64,000 nt of DNA from a virus. Each line of letters opens with the position of its first letter. Positions within the stretch are counted from its first letter, which is position 1. The notes beneath the pieces are model-generated. The model worked only from the letters and a program-made list of their open reading frames with translations. It did not search any database and had not been told where the DNA came from. The position numbers and the translations under genes are program-made. Shown here in pieces: positions 55,401-64,000 of the stretch. The stretch covers positions 1-64,000 of the IMG/VR virus record IMGVR_UViG_3300024333_000005. One strand, 5' to 3'.

Positions 55401-55987
55401 GTAAGCGCTTCGATGCCGACGGCTCGGCCCGGCTGGCGCTGGCGGCGACTACCGGCGAAGAGCTGTCCCTGCGGGCCGACGCCGACGTGGCCGAGCGGGC
55501 TGGCGGTGCCCTGGACAAGGTCGGCGGGGTGGTCCTGGCCCTGGTCCACCGGACCGAGCGAGGTGCCCTGTCGGCCGAGGCACTGTGGGCGGAGGCGGCC
55601 TGCAAGAGCGACCTGCTCTTCCGGTTCTTCCGCGAGCCCTGGCGGACCCGCCCGCTCGACCCGGCTGCCGCTCTGCGGCGAGCTGGCGAGGGCCAAGCCT
55701 TCGGGGTCGAGGGGGTACTGGTCCGGGTGCGCCAGCACACCGACCGCTCCGGGGCCGCAATGCGCACCCTGGGCATCGCCGGTGCCCGGGGCTACCTGCG
55801 GGTTCTGGCCTTCGCTTCCCGGATGGGTGCGGACGTTCGCGCCCTGCGGGCGGGCGACCTGGTGAGCCTGCGGCTGCGCCGGCTTGACGGCGGGGCGGCC
55901 GCGTTGACCGATGCTCCGGCCCGCAAAGGGCCCGGGGCCTTCAAGGGTAGGGCAGTAGGAGGCCACGATGGCGCGTACGAGCGATAG
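52406..55987 (+). CDS. dnaE: DNA polymerase III alpha subunit
   Basis: PHP HLHTHS, GRGSAAGSL, PDIDLDF, HAAG, KIDVLGL and FNRSHA motifs. Confidence 0.97.
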   Translation: MSFAHLHTHSHASAFDGLGRHVEFARRAAALGQPAIAFTEHGSVRGLYEAHLACAEVGLRLVPGVEAYLVEDAERRGLAEAERAALKDRPEALKRAEQERRERSHLTLWALDDEGLRNLYRLTTWSWAQGFYYKPRVDLARLRLYGAGLAASTGCAGDGHVVVPLARGDYREALDRLEDLLALFPGRLYVEVMPHVPAGREAVLPALLRLAERFDLPLLATQDAHYPEAADAYAHEVLLCIQTRGKMADPDRFRFDGREYWLRSREEMAAAFRARGLPGPAVERALDETLALADRCAARVQTAEAGRYLIAPELPAGIPTYDAWLLRLCHEGMRVRGLTGAGAAYLDRLAHELEVLWEHRFAPYFLAVWDVVRWAREQDIRVGPGRGSAAGSLVAYLLGITQLDPLRHDLMFERFIAPGRRDLPDIDLDFQADRREEVLEYLRRRYGEDRVAAISTQITFGGRRALRDLGRVFAVPDRELTPAASLLPLVPDPGDERTLAEVLGESAVGAAFVAAHPEVAEVAGRLEGQIRDVGLHAAGVVLSSVPVAEVVPLESRPRRGGARVPAVAYDMRAAEAAGLVKIDVLGLRTLVVLAEAARAAGVDPDRIDCDDPAALGIFAGGRLAGIFQFDTPTARRLCRAAASRISFEVLVALNALNRPGPLAAGLADAYVRRLVEGDAPPALHPVYDRIMAATLGVPVYQEQVVALARDLAGYSPEDADGLRKMIAKKLPGLAAEAPRFVAGATAAGLAEDEAADLFRRLVGFGRYAFNRSHAAAYAYLAVQLAFLKAHHPVAFYAAALAAEPDDRVQMRLAGEARAAGTRVSPPDVNRSRERGFGGGEGEIVGALSALKGIGPAAAAAVVAAAPFRDLLDFYRRTAGAGCRAVTARTFGVLAQATALRSLCPTGGPFLAANAAAVWARLRAGEQPELRPEAAPAWREGEQAATVSAVWPLFVDLAGQGALEGAAARLRCLWGPTHDPADPALVEAGTYLVAGYLAACKRFDADGSARLALAATTGEELSLRADADVAERAGGALDKVGGVVLALVHRTERGALSAEALWAEAACKSDLLFRFFREPWRTRPLDPAAALRRAGEGQAFGVEGVLVRVRQHTDRSGAAMRTLGIAGARGYLRVLAFASRMGADVRALRAGDLVSLRLRRLDGGAAALTDAPARKGPGAFKGRAVGGHDGAYER

Positions 55988-56246
55988 GGAGCGGCGGGCG
56001 ACGGCGAGCGACATCGCCCGCCGGGCCGGGGTCGACCTGGCGGTGGTCCAGGAGGTCTTCTTGGCCATCCTGGCCGAGCTGCACCTGGGCCGGGAGGTGC
56101 GGATCGCCGGGTTCGGGTTCTTCCGGCGGCACTGGTCCCCGCCCCGGAAGCTCCGCACCCCGGTCGTGCCGGGGGGCATCGCCGAAGTCCCCGGGAGCTG
56201 GTGTGTCCGCTTCCGGCGGGCGCCGACGAGCCGGGAGAAGCTGTGA
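55968..56246 (+). CDS. HU/IHF-like DNA-binding protein
   Basis: VRIAGFGFF...RTP...VRF motif. Confidence 0.8.
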   Translation: MARTSDRERRATASDIARRAGVDLAVVQEVFLAILAELHLGREVRIAGFGFFRRHWSPPRKLRTPVVPGGIAEVPGSWCVRFRRAPTSREKL

Positions 56247-56740
56247 GGGCCGACCCGAGCCCGGGCCTGGTGCTGACCGGGGACCTGGCCACGGATTCGG
56301 CCGAGGCCCTCCGCGGCCTGGCCAGCTCGGTCCGCGGCCTGGGCGAGGCGACGCTGGAGATCGAGCAGGCGGATGCCCAATACCGGGCCTGGCGGGCAAC
56401 CGCGACCGTCGAGCAGCTTGCCGACGGGGCAAGCGCCGAGTGGAAGGTCAAGGCCCAGGTGGAGGCGCTTCCTGCCTTCCTGGTCCACAAGCGCCGGCTG
56501 GCCGAAGCCGAGGCGGCCTTGGCCCGGGCCCGGGCCCTGCATGATGCCCTCCGGGCCCAGGTCAACCTCATCCGGGACCGGGTCACCTTGGCAACGGCTG
56601 GTCTGGCCGCGGCCGAGGGCGACGCCCTGGACCCGCCGACCCGCTACCACGCTGCGCCCCCGGCCCCTCCGGCCGAGGCGCGGGAATCCCGAGCGGCCCG
56701 GGTGCGGGCCGCAATGCTGCGAGGAAAGGAGGCTCCCTGA
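56243..56740 (+). CDS. helical protein, possibly UvsY-like recombination mediator
   Basis: Coiled-coil with EWKVKAQVEA, located next to SSB and RecA. Confidence 0.4.
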   Translation: MRADPSPGLVLTGDLATDSAEALRGLASSVRGLGEATLEIEQADAQYRAWRATATVEQLADGASAEWKVKAQVEALPAFLVHKRRLAEAEAALARARALHDALRAQVNLIRDRVTLATAGLAAAEGDALDPPTRYHAAPPAPPAEARESRAARVRAAMLRGKEAP

Positions 56741-57954
56741 TGGCGATGGACATGGACCGCTTCCAGGCCCGCCGGGACGCCGGCAAGCGCCGGGGCGAGG
56801 GCTTCTTCCGCTTCCCCGAGGGGCACACCCTGGTCTACCTGGCGCCCCCGACCGAGGCAATGGACGGGGTGCCATTCGTCGAGCTGGCCGTCCACTACGG
56901 AGTCGGGCCGGCGAACAAGATGGCGGTCTGCCTCGACGCCTCCAACGAGGTCCTGCGCCACCCGGCGGTGGTCAAGGCGCTCGCCGCCCGCAAGGTCAGC
57001 GTCGAGGGCGGCTGCCCGGTCTGCGCGGTGGTGGACGGGATCGACCCGCTCCCCGGCGGCGGCGACTCCAAGCGCGTCGACCGGATGGCGATCAAGACGC
57101 AGTACGCCTTCGTCGTCGTTCCGTGGGCGACCCTGGAGCGGCGGGAGCGCCGCGACCTCCCGGAGGGGGAGCGGGTGCCCCGCCTCCTGCTCGCCGGCTA
57201 CTCGATCTGGGACGGCATCTGCGCCGTGATCGAGACCGAGGGCGACATCACCGACCCGGCCAAGGCGACCCTGCTCCGGGTGTCCCGCACCGGCGCCGGC
57301 CTGGCGACCGAGTACCGGGTGGCGGCCGACTCCGACACCGTCCGGGAGCCGCTGCGCCTCCCCAAGGCGCAGCGGGCCCTCCTGCGCAAGGCGCAGGACG
57401 CCGGCGGGGACTGCGACCTCCACCGGCTGGTCGCCAACCTGGTGAAGGACCGGGAGGCGGTCGTGGCCCTGCTGCGGGGCGACGCGGTGGAGCGGCGGGA
57501 GGCGGCCCCGCCCGACAAGCCCTACTGCTTCGGGCTGGACTACGACGCCGACGACGGCGAGTGCAAGGCGTGCGGCTCGGTGACCGAGTGCGCGGCCGCG
57601 ACCGGCGCCTCGGCGCCCGCCGCCGCCCCGAAGCCGACCGCCAGCGCCCCGAAGCCGGCCGCCAAGCCCGCCGCCCCCGCCGCCCCCGCCGCCCCGGCCA
57701 AGCCGGCCGCCGCCCCGAAGCCCCCGGTCGCGGCCAAGCCGAAGCCGGCGGCCCCGCCGCCGCCCCCGCCGCCCGAGCCCGACGAGGACGAGCCGGAGGA
57801 CGAGCCGGAGGATGAGCCGGAGCCGGAGGACGAGGCCCCGCCGGAGGCGGCCGCCTCGGCCCCCGCGCCCGCCGACGGCGCCGGCGACTCGGCCAGCGAG
57901 CTGGACGAGTTCGAGCGGGAGCTGTTGGCCCGCCGCAAGGCCCGCGCCAAGTGA
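56740..57954 (+). CDS. ssDNA-binding protein (T4 gp32-like)
   Basis: VHY..C...CPVC, DITDP and GAGLATEY motifs; Pro/Ala and acidic tail. Confidence 0.7.
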   Translation: MAMDMDRFQARRDAGKRRGEGFFRFPEGHTLVYLAPPTEAMDGVPFVELAVHYGVGPANKMAVCLDASNEVLRHPAVVKALAARKVSVEGGCPVCAVVDGIDPLPGGGDSKRVDRMAIKTQYAFVVVPWATLERRERRDLPEGERVPRLLLAGYSIWDGICAVIETEGDITDPAKATLLRVSRTGAGLATEYRVAADSDTVREPLRLPKAQRALLRKAQDAGGDCDLHRLVANLVKDREAVVALLRGDAVERREAAPPDKPYCFGLDYDADDGECKACGSVTECAAATGASAPAAAPKPTASAPKPAAKPAAPAAPAAPAKPAAAPKPPVAAKPKPAAPPPPPPPEPDEDEPEDEPEDEPEPEDEAPPEAAASAPAPADGAGDSASELDEFERELLARRKARAK

Positions 57955-59042
57955 GCGTTCCCTCGCACGCTCGGGCCCGGCGCCTGGGTGCCGCCCTGGC
58001 CCGGGGGGTAGCCGGCTGCGATGCCCATATCGCGGCGGCTGCTCCCCGGGCCCGGGGCGTCCTCCCCTCCGGCTGCGACGCGCTCGACGCGGCGCTGGGA
58101 GTCGGGGGCTACCCGGAGGGCCGCCTGACGGTCCTGCATGGCCCGGAAGCCTGCGGCAAGTCCACCCTCGCCCTGCACGCGGCGGCCGAGTGCCAGCGGG
58201 CCGGCGGGGTGGTCCTCTACCTCGACTTCGAGCACAAGCTCGACGAGCCCTACGCGGCCGCCCTGGGCGTTGACCTGGGGGCCCTGGTGGTCGCGACGCC
58301 GCCCCATATCGAGCGGGCCTTCGCTCTCCTGGAGCAGGCGTGCGCCAAGCTGGCGGAGGGCGACGGCGAGCCAACGCCGGTGCTCCTGGTCTGGGACTCG
58401 CTCCACGCGGCCGTGGGCCGCCGGACCTTCGAGGCGGACTGGGAGAAGGAGCACTTCTCCCCGGAGGCCCGGGCCTACTCCCTGGGCCTGGCCCGCTTCG
58501 TCCCCACCCTTTCCCGGACTCGGGCAGTTCTGCTCGCCATCTCCCAGGTCCGCATGAAGCTCGACGGCTACATGCCGGCCGAGAAGGTCGGGGTCGGCCG
58601 GGCGCCCCTGTTCTACGCTTCGGTGATCGTGAAGCTGCGGGCCAAGCGGGCCCGGGGCACGGTGCGCCGGGAGGGCGAGCTGGTCGAGGCGGTGGTGGTC
58701 AAGAACCAGGTCGCGCCGCCCTACCGGGTGGTGAACTTCCCGATGGTCTACGGCCGGGGCGTCGACGGCCCCGGCGCGGTCCTGGAGGCGGCTCGTCTGA
58801 CCGGGCTGGCCGTGCCGGCCAAGGCGGCCGGCTGGTGGGACCTGGCCTTCGACGGTGAGTCGGTCAGGGTCCAGGGCGCCGGCGGCGTGGGCCGGATGGC
58901 CGAGCGGGAGCCCGAGTCCTACGCCCGGCTGCGGGCGGCGATCCGGGCCGCCAGCTTGGGGCCGACGCTGCCGGCTCCCGCCGAGCCCTCCCCCGCCGGG
59001 GGAGAGGGCGACGCCGACGACGCGGGCGGCGCCGATGGCTGA
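57951..59042 (+). CDS. recA: RecA-family recombinase
   Basis: LDAALGVGG, GPEACGKST, DFEH, WDS, LFYAS and KNQVAPP motifs. Confidence 0.95.
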   Translation: MSVPSHARARRLGAALARGVAGCDAHIAAAAPRARGVLPSGCDALDAALGVGGYPEGRLTVLHGPEACGKSTLALHAAAECQRAGGVVLYLDFEHKLDEPYAAALGVDLGALVVATPPHIERAFALLEQACAKLAEGDGEPTPVLLVWDSLHAAVGRRTFEADWEKEHFSPEARAYSLGLARFVPTLSRTRAVLLAISQVRMKLDGYMPAEKVGVGRAPLFYASVIVKLRAKRARGTVRREGELVEAVVVKNQVAPPYRVVNFPMVYGRGVDGPGAVLEAARLTGLAVPAKAAGWWDLAFDGESVRVQGAGGVGRMAEREPESYARLRAAIRAASLGPTLPAPAEPSPAGGEGDADDAGGADG

Positions 59043-59847
59043 CCCTGCCCGCCGGCCCCAGGCTGCCCCAGGACGCACGGAAGGAGGCCCCCCCTCCCCC
59101 GGGGGCGGCCTCTGCCCTCCCGTGCCCCCTGGTGGCGTCCAGGGGCCGTTTCGGGCCGTCGGGTGGGACCAGAGCCCGACCCATGCCGGGGTGGTGTGCC
59201 TGACCCACGAGGGCCGCCTGGCGGCCCTGTATGCCGCCTGCTCGGAGGTCCGCCACGCCAAGGCCGCTGGCCTGGCCGGCGCCGAGGCGCTGCCCCTGGC
59301 GGTCCGCGGCTGCCGGTACGCCCCCCTGCGGGAGGCCCGGCGGCTAGCCTGGTGGCGGGACTGGATCGACGGCCGGCTGGCGGACCTGGCTGACCCTCCC
59401 GCGGGCGGCCCGGTCTTCGTCGCTGTGGAGGACTACGCCTACCGCCAGGGGCTCTACGCCCACCAGATCGGCGAGGTCGCGGGACTGCTCCGCCGTCTGC
59501 TCTGGGAGCGGGCGGTGCCGTTCCGGGCCATCGACCCGATGGCGCTCAAGCTAGCCAGCGGGGCGGCGGCCGGGGCGGTGGCCGAGAAGGTCGAGGTGGT
59601 GGCCGGGGTGGCGGCGACCTGGGGCGTGGACTTCGCCCGGTATGGGGAGCAGGCGGCGGCCGACCTGGCCGACGCCTACGTGCTCGCCCGCCTGGCCCTG
59701 GCCGAGCAGCTTGTCGCTCGGGGCCTGGTTGGGCTCGATGCGCTCTCCGCCGGGGAGCGGCGGGTCTTCCTGCGCACCACTCGGGCCCGGCCCCTGAACC
59801 TCCTGTCGACGCCCCTGCTCTGCCCCTCCGCGGAGGACCCGCGGTGA
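59035..59847 (+). CDS. RuvC-like Holliday junction resolvase
   Basis: GWDQS..G, VAVED, IGE..G and DLADA motifs. Confidence 0.75.
   Translation: MADPARRPQAAPGRTEGGPPSPGGGLCPPVPPGGVQGPFRAVGWDQSPTHAGVVCLTHEGRLAALYAACSEVRHAKAAGLAGAEALPLAVRGCRYAPLREARRLAWWRDWIDGRLADLADPPAGGPVFVAVEDYAYRQGLYAHQIGEVAGLLRRLLWERAVPFRAIDPMALKLASGAAAGAVAEKVEVVAGVAATWGVDFARYGEQAAADLADAYVLARLALAEQLVARGLVGLDALSAGERRVFLRTTRARPLNLLSTPLLCPSAEDPR
59057..59083 (+). repeat. dispersed 27-bp repeat, copy 3
   Basis: CCCAGGCTGCCCCAGGACGCACGGAAG. Confidence 0.85.
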
Positions 59848-60524
59848 GCCTCGCCGCCCTGCGGGCCGACTGGTCCGCCTGCACCCGCTGCCGGCTGGCC
59901 GAGGGCCGGCGCTCGGTGGTCTACGGCGAGCCCTACCAGGCGGCGCCGGGAGAGGGCGACCCGCTGGTCCTGGTGATCGGCGAGGCCCCCGGCGAGCGGG
60001 AGGACCAGTCCGGGCGCCCCTTCGTCGGCCCGGCCGGCGAGGTCTTGCGGGGGTTGCTCCGGGAAGCCGGCTGCCGGTTCGCCTTCATCACCAACCTGCT
60101 CGCCTGCCGGCCGCCGGGCAACCGGGACCCCCGGGCCGACGAGATTGAAGCCTGCCGCCCCCGGCTGCTCGCCCTGATCGAGGCCCTGGCTCCGGCCGGT
60201 GTGCTCCTGGTCGGCCGAGTAGCCGAGGGCCAGCGGGAGGCCCTGGCCCTGGGTGCTCGGCCGGTGGCCGCGGTGGTCCACCCGGCCTGGCTTCTGCGCA
60301 AGGGCTACCCCGGGAAGGCCACCGAGGCGACCTGGCGCCTCCAGGTTGGGCGTCTGCGGCGCCTCCTGGCGCAGGCGGGGGCCCCGGAGGTCCCGCCCCC
60401 CTCCGACGCCGCCGCCTGTCGGCATCGCTACGTCGAGGCGGGAGCCTGGGTAGGCGAGCGAGGTCGACGGCCGCTGCGGCTCTGTGCCGAGTGCGGCCTG
60501 TTGGAGGCGGCATGCGCGAGATGA
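59844..60524 (+). CDS. uracil-DNA glycosylase family 4
   Basis: CTRC, IGEAPG, PFVG.AG, CRPPGNR and HPA motifs. Confidence 0.92.
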   Translation: MSLAALRADWSACTRCRLAEGRRSVVYGEPYQAAPGEGDPLVLVIGEAPGEREDQSGRPFVGPAGEVLRGLLREAGCRFAFITNLLACRPPGNRDPRADEIEACRPRLLALIEALAPAGVLLVGRVAEGQREALALGARPVAAVVHPAWLLRKGYPGKATEATWRLQVGRLRRLLAQAGAPEVPPPSDAAACRHRYVEAGAWVGERGRRPLRLCAECGLLEAACAR

Positions 60525-61657
60525 CCGTGGCGGCCCTGGGCGACCTGCACCTGTGCGAGGACCGGCTCGCCGAGCAAGCGCCAGTCCTGGCCTGGATCGC
60601 CAAGGGCATCGAGGCGGCCCGGCCGGACCTGATCTTCGTGGCCGGCGACCTGTCGGGACGCACCGTCCCGCACCGGGCGACTCCCGCCGAGCGCAACGCC
60701 CTGGTGAGCTTCCTGGTCGGGCTGCCGGCGGTTCCGCGGATAGTGGTCCGGGGCAACCACGACACCCCTGGCGACTGGGAGTTCCTGAACCGGCTCCCCG
60801 ATTGCTACTACGCCGAGTCGCCGGTCTACCTCCCCTTCGCCTCGACCGTCGCCCTGCCCTGGGTGGACCGGGTTCGGGGCGAGGACCACGCCGACCTGGT
60901 GCAGCATCGCTACACCGCGGCGCTCGACGAGGCGCTGGCGGTCTCGGCTTGGAAGGCCCGCCCCCTGGTCCTGGGCCACGCGGCCCTGGTCGGGGCGAAG
61001 GTCTCCGCGTCCTGGTCGGGGCCGACCGCCGACCCAATGATCCCCGTGGGCCTGCTCCCGACCTGCATCGCCGCCTTCGGGCACTACCACCTGCCGCAGC
61101 GGCTTCCGGCCTCGCGGTCCGGCTCCCAGGCGTTTTACGTCGGGAGCCCCTTCGTCTGGCACTACGGCGAGCCCTGCACCGGCCGGGGATGGCTGCTCCT
61201 GCACCGGCGGGCCGACGGGGAGTGGACCGGCGCGATGATGGGCGCCCCAGTGGACCTGTGGGTGCCCCGGGTGCTGCTCCGGGTGCGGGGCGGCAAGGTG
61301 GTGGCGTCGGCGGGGACGCCGGCCGGGCTTGACCTGATCGGCGACGACCCTGGCCGCCTGCCCCCGGGGCTGGGCCACGTGCGACTGGTGGTGGAAGCCG
61401 AGGACGAGGCGGCCGCCGAGCGGGCGGCCGCCCTCTGGCGCCCGGCCCTGGCCGAGGTGGCCCGCACGGTCCAGGTCGTCGCCAAGGTGCCCCGGGCGGC
61501 GACGGTACGGGCAGGGGCGGAGGCGGTGGCCGCGGCGCCCTCCCTGGGCGAGAAGATGAGCCGCTTCTGGGACGGACTGGACCCCCCGCCGTCCCGCAAG
61601 AACCGCGAGCGGGCGACCGACCTGCTCGCCGAGCTGGCGAAGGAGGCAGAGGCATGA
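60512..61657 (+). CDS. sbcD: SbcD/Mre11-like nuclease
   Basis: GDLH, AGD, GNHD, GHYH and YVGS motifs; the start is 60512 or 60521. Confidence 0.9.
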   Translation: MREMTVAALGDLHLCEDRLAEQAPVLAWIAKGIEAARPDLIFVAGDLSGRTVPHRATPAERNALVSFLVGLPAVPRIVVRGNHDTPGDWEFLNRLPDCYYAESPVYLPFASTVALPWVDRVRGEDHADLVQHRYTAALDEALAVSAWKARPLVLGHAALVGAKVSASWSGPTADPMIPVGLLPTCIAAFGHYHLPQRLPASRSGSQAFYVGSPFVWHYGEPCTGRGWLLLHRRADGEWTGAMMGAPVDLWVPRVLLRVRGGKVVASAGTPAGLDLIGDDPGRLPPGLGHVRLVVEAEDEAAAERAAALWRPALAEVARTVQVVAKVPRAATVRAGAEAVAAAPSLGEKMSRFWDGLDPPPSRKNRERATDLLAELAKEAEA

Positions 61658-62043
61658 GCACGACCGCAAGCGGAACCATCACCAAGGCCGGGAAGAGGGG
61701 CCGGGCCGACTACTCGGAGAAGCCCTCCGAGTCGGTGCCGGTGGCGACGCCCGCCGCCGCGGCGCCGGGGCCGACCACGGCCGCCCTGGCCCGGGTCCGG
61801 TACGCCCAGGGCGTGACCCTGAACCTGGGGAACTACGAGTCGCAGCGCATCGACGTGGAGCTGGCGGTCCCCTGCCGCCCCGGCATCGACGCCATCGAGG
61901 CGGCCTACGCCTTCGCCCAGGAGTGGGTCGACGGCAAGCTGGCCGAGGAAGTCGAGGCGGCCCGGGGCGGCGGGAAGGAGAAGGCGACCGAGAAGGACGG
62001 GGCCGACAAGGGCGGCAAGGACGACGAGGACATCCCCTTCTGA
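61654..62043 (+). CDS. hypothetical protein with SSB-like acidic tail
   Basis: TLNLGNYESQRID motif; ends in DDEDIPF. Confidence 0.65.
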   Translation: MSTTASGTITKAGKRGRADYSEKPSESVPVATPAAAAPGPTTAALARVRYAQGVTLNLGNYESQRIDVELAVPCRPGIDAIEAAYAFAQEWVDGKLAEEVEAARGGGKEKATEKDGADKGGKDDEDIPF

Positions 62044-64000
62044 TGCGCCTCGAACGCTTGCGGCTGGCGGGCCTGACCCGGTACCGGAAGCCGGTGGAGC
62101 TGGACCTGGGCTCCCTCGGCCCGGGCCTGGTCGCTTTTGCCGGCCCGAACGGGGCCGGCAAGACCACCCTCCTGGAGTGCTGTGGTCCGGGGTGGCTGTA
62201 CCGGGAGCTTCCCACCCGGGACCCGCCCCTGCTCCAGCACTGGGCGGGCCCCGGCGGGGCCCGCCTGGAGGTCGAGGCTCTGGTCGGAGGGGCGATCTGG
62301 AAGGCCGAGGTCCTGGTCGACCGGCCCGGAGCCTCGCCGACTGCGGCCCTGGAGGTCGCGGGCCGGACCGTGGCCAGCAAGGCCAAGGAGTACGACGCCT
62401 ACGTGCGGGAGCGGCTGGGGCCGCTCCCGGCCTTCCTGGCCTCGTCCTTCGCTGCCCAGGGCGGCCGCGGGCGCTTCGCCGCGCTCTCGGTGGCCGACCG
62501 CAAGAGCCTCTTCCGCTACTACCTGGACCTGGGCCGGCTCGACGGTCTGCTCGCCCGGGTGCGGGGGCGAGCGGCCGAGTGCGACCGGGCGGGGAAGGAG
62601 GCGGCGGATCTGCGGGAGGCCCTGGTCGACACCTGGCGCCGGGAGCGGCCGGCCGCTCACGATGCCCTCCGAGCGGCCGAGGCCGCGGCGGAGGCGGCCC
62701 GCCCGGCCCTGGCCGCGGCCTCTGCCCGCCACGACCGAGTACGAGAGCTGGTCGCCCTGCGGGAGCTGGCCGGGGCCTACGAGCGAGCCCTGAACGAGGC
62801 GGCCGCGGCCGCGGACCGGCTGGCCGAGCTGGAGGAAGCCCCGCTCGCTCCGTACCCGGAGGAACCGTGCCCGGACGTGGGCGCGGCCCGCCGAGCGCTA
62901 GACGAGGCCCGGGCTGCGGCCGAGCGGCTGGCCGCGGCGAACGCGGCCGCGAACGAGGCGCGCATCCGGGCCCGCCACACCGCCGACATGGTCGCCGCAG
63001 CCAGGGAGGTAGCGAAGCTCCTGGGGGAAGTTCCCTGCGAGGGCGAGGGGGTCGGGGCCGACTGCCGGCTGCTCGGCAACGCCCGGACCTCGGCCGCCGC
63101 TCTGCCGGGCTTCCGGGAGGAGGCCGCGGCGGCGGGGGAAGCCCTGCGCCGCGCCCGGGCGGCCCAGGGGGCCGCGGCCGAAGCCTGCCCGGACGACCGG
63201 GTCGCCGCCGCGCAAGCGGCCCTGCGGGCGGTCGAGGCGGCTGCCGCCGAGTGGAGTAAGGCAGTGAGCCGGGCCGACCTGTCCAAGGCGGCCCTGGGGC
63301 ACGCCCGGACCCGGGCCGCAGAGGCCGCGGCCCGAGCCCGGGAGCTGCGGGCCCGGCTGCCGGCGAAGCTGCCGGAAGACCTCCCGACCGGGGAGGACGC
63401 CCGCCATGCCGCCGAGGCCGAGAAGGCGGCCCGGGCGGCCGTGGAACGGACGACCCGGGAGGTGGCCGAGGCGGCCGGCCACTGGCGGGCTCTGGAGGAC
63501 CGCTTGGCCGACCTGAAGCGCAAGCTGCGGGCGGCCCGCTCTACCTCGCGGGACTGGCCGGCCCTGAAGCTCCTGGAGCAAGCGCTCGGCCCCGGCGGGG
63601 TGCAGGCGCTCGAAGTGGCCGCGGCTGGCCCTTGCCTCTCCGCCACCGCCACCGACCTGCTCTCGGTCTGCACCGGCGACCGCTTCGCCGTGGAGGTCCG
63701 CACCACCCGGGAGCTGCGCTCGCGTGAGGGGCTGGCCGAGGACTTCGAGGTGGTCGCCTACGACACGGTGCGGGGCGGCTGCCGCCCGACCGCCGCCCTC
63801 TCCGGCGGCGAGCAAGTCCTGGTCGACGAGGCGGTCCGGCTGGCCCTGGGCCTGCTCGCCGCCGAGCGAACCCGAGTGCCCTGCGAGACCCTGTTCCGGG
63901 ACGAGACGGTGGGCGCCCTGGACGCCGATTACGCGGCGGCCTACGTGGCGATGCTCCGGCGAGCCCGAGAGCGGGGCGGCTACCATCAAGTCCTGTTCGT
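62043..64000 (+). CDS. sbcC: SbcC/Rad50-like ATPase (3'-truncated by the window edge)
   Basis: Absent from the ORF track because it has no stop in the window. ATG 62043 reads MRLERLRL..GPNGAGKTT, then a Q-loop, coiled coil, LSGGEQ (~63800) and LFRDE..GALD. Confidence 0.9.
   Translation, partial: MRLERLRLAGLTRYRKPVELDLGSLGPGLVAFAGPNGAGKTTLLECCGPGWLYRELPTRDPPLLQHWAGPGGARLEVEALVGGAIWKAEVLVDRPGASPTAALEVAGRTVASKAKEYDAYVRERLGPLPAFLASSFAAQGGRGRFAALSVADRKSLFRYYLDLGRLDGLLARVRGRAAECDRAGKEAADLREALVDTWRRERPAAHDALRAAEAAAEAARPALAAASARHDRVRELVALRELAGAYERALNEAAAAADRLAELEEAPLAPYPEEPCPDVGAARRALDEARAAAERLAAANAAANEARIRARHTADMVAAAREVAKLLGEVPCEGEGVGADCRLLGNARTSAAALPGFREEAAAAGEALRRARAAQGAAAEACPDDRVAAAQAALRAVEAAAAEWSKAVSRADLSKAALGHARTRAAEAAARARELRARLPAKLPEDLPTGEDARHAAEAEKAARAAVERTTREVAEAAGHWRALEDRLADLKRKLRAARSTSRDWPALKLLEQALGPGGVQALEVAAAGPCLSATATDLLSVCTGDRFAVEVRTTRELRSREGLAEDFEVVAYDTVRGGCRPTAALSGGEQVLVDEAVRLALGLLAAERTRVPCETLFRDETVGALDADYAAAYVAMLRRARERGGYHQVLF

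Noticed and set aside
6144-56875. Very long minus-strand ORFs (for example 6144..9530, 9621..12872, 21671..24829, 34263..38549, 52781..56875)
   Set aside because: They are shadow frames of high-GC3 plus-strand genes, with no motifs or RBS, and they fully overlap well-supported CDSs.

Overview
The window is a 64-kb slice of a very GC-rich tailed phage genome with a contractile tail (myovirus-like). Every credible gene is on the + strand, and most are translationally coupled. From left to right it contains: (1) the C-terminal part of a probable MuF/minor-head protein carrying kinase-like and ADP-ribosyltransferase-like domains, followed by two small ORFs; (2) a complete preQ0 (7-cyano-7-deazaguanine) synthesis cluster (queD, queE, folE, yhhQ-like, queC); (3) a 2226-aa polyprotein joining DpdA/TGT-like, Dam-like methylase, nucleotidyltransferase, two LigD-phosphoesterase-like, ATP-dependent ligase and XkdF-like prohead protease domains; (4) scaffold, major capsid, neck, sheath, tube, chaperone, tape measure, baseplate and fibre genes; (5) a lysis module; (6) a replication/recombination module (clamp, SF2 helicase, initiator with probable ori, DnaB, primase, MoxR/vWA, sigma-like, DnaE, HU, SSB, RecA, RuvC, UDG, SbcD/SbcC). 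The most striking feature is the protease-terminated polyprotein. Its domains are separated by recurring x-x-K|A/G motifs that also occur in the capsid, scaffold and MuF proteins, which suggests a self-processing, capsid-loaded kit for protecting and repairing DNA. All calls come from motif recognition by eye; no database searches were run. Terminase and portal genes are not in the window, and I saw no tRNA, CRISPR array or integrase.
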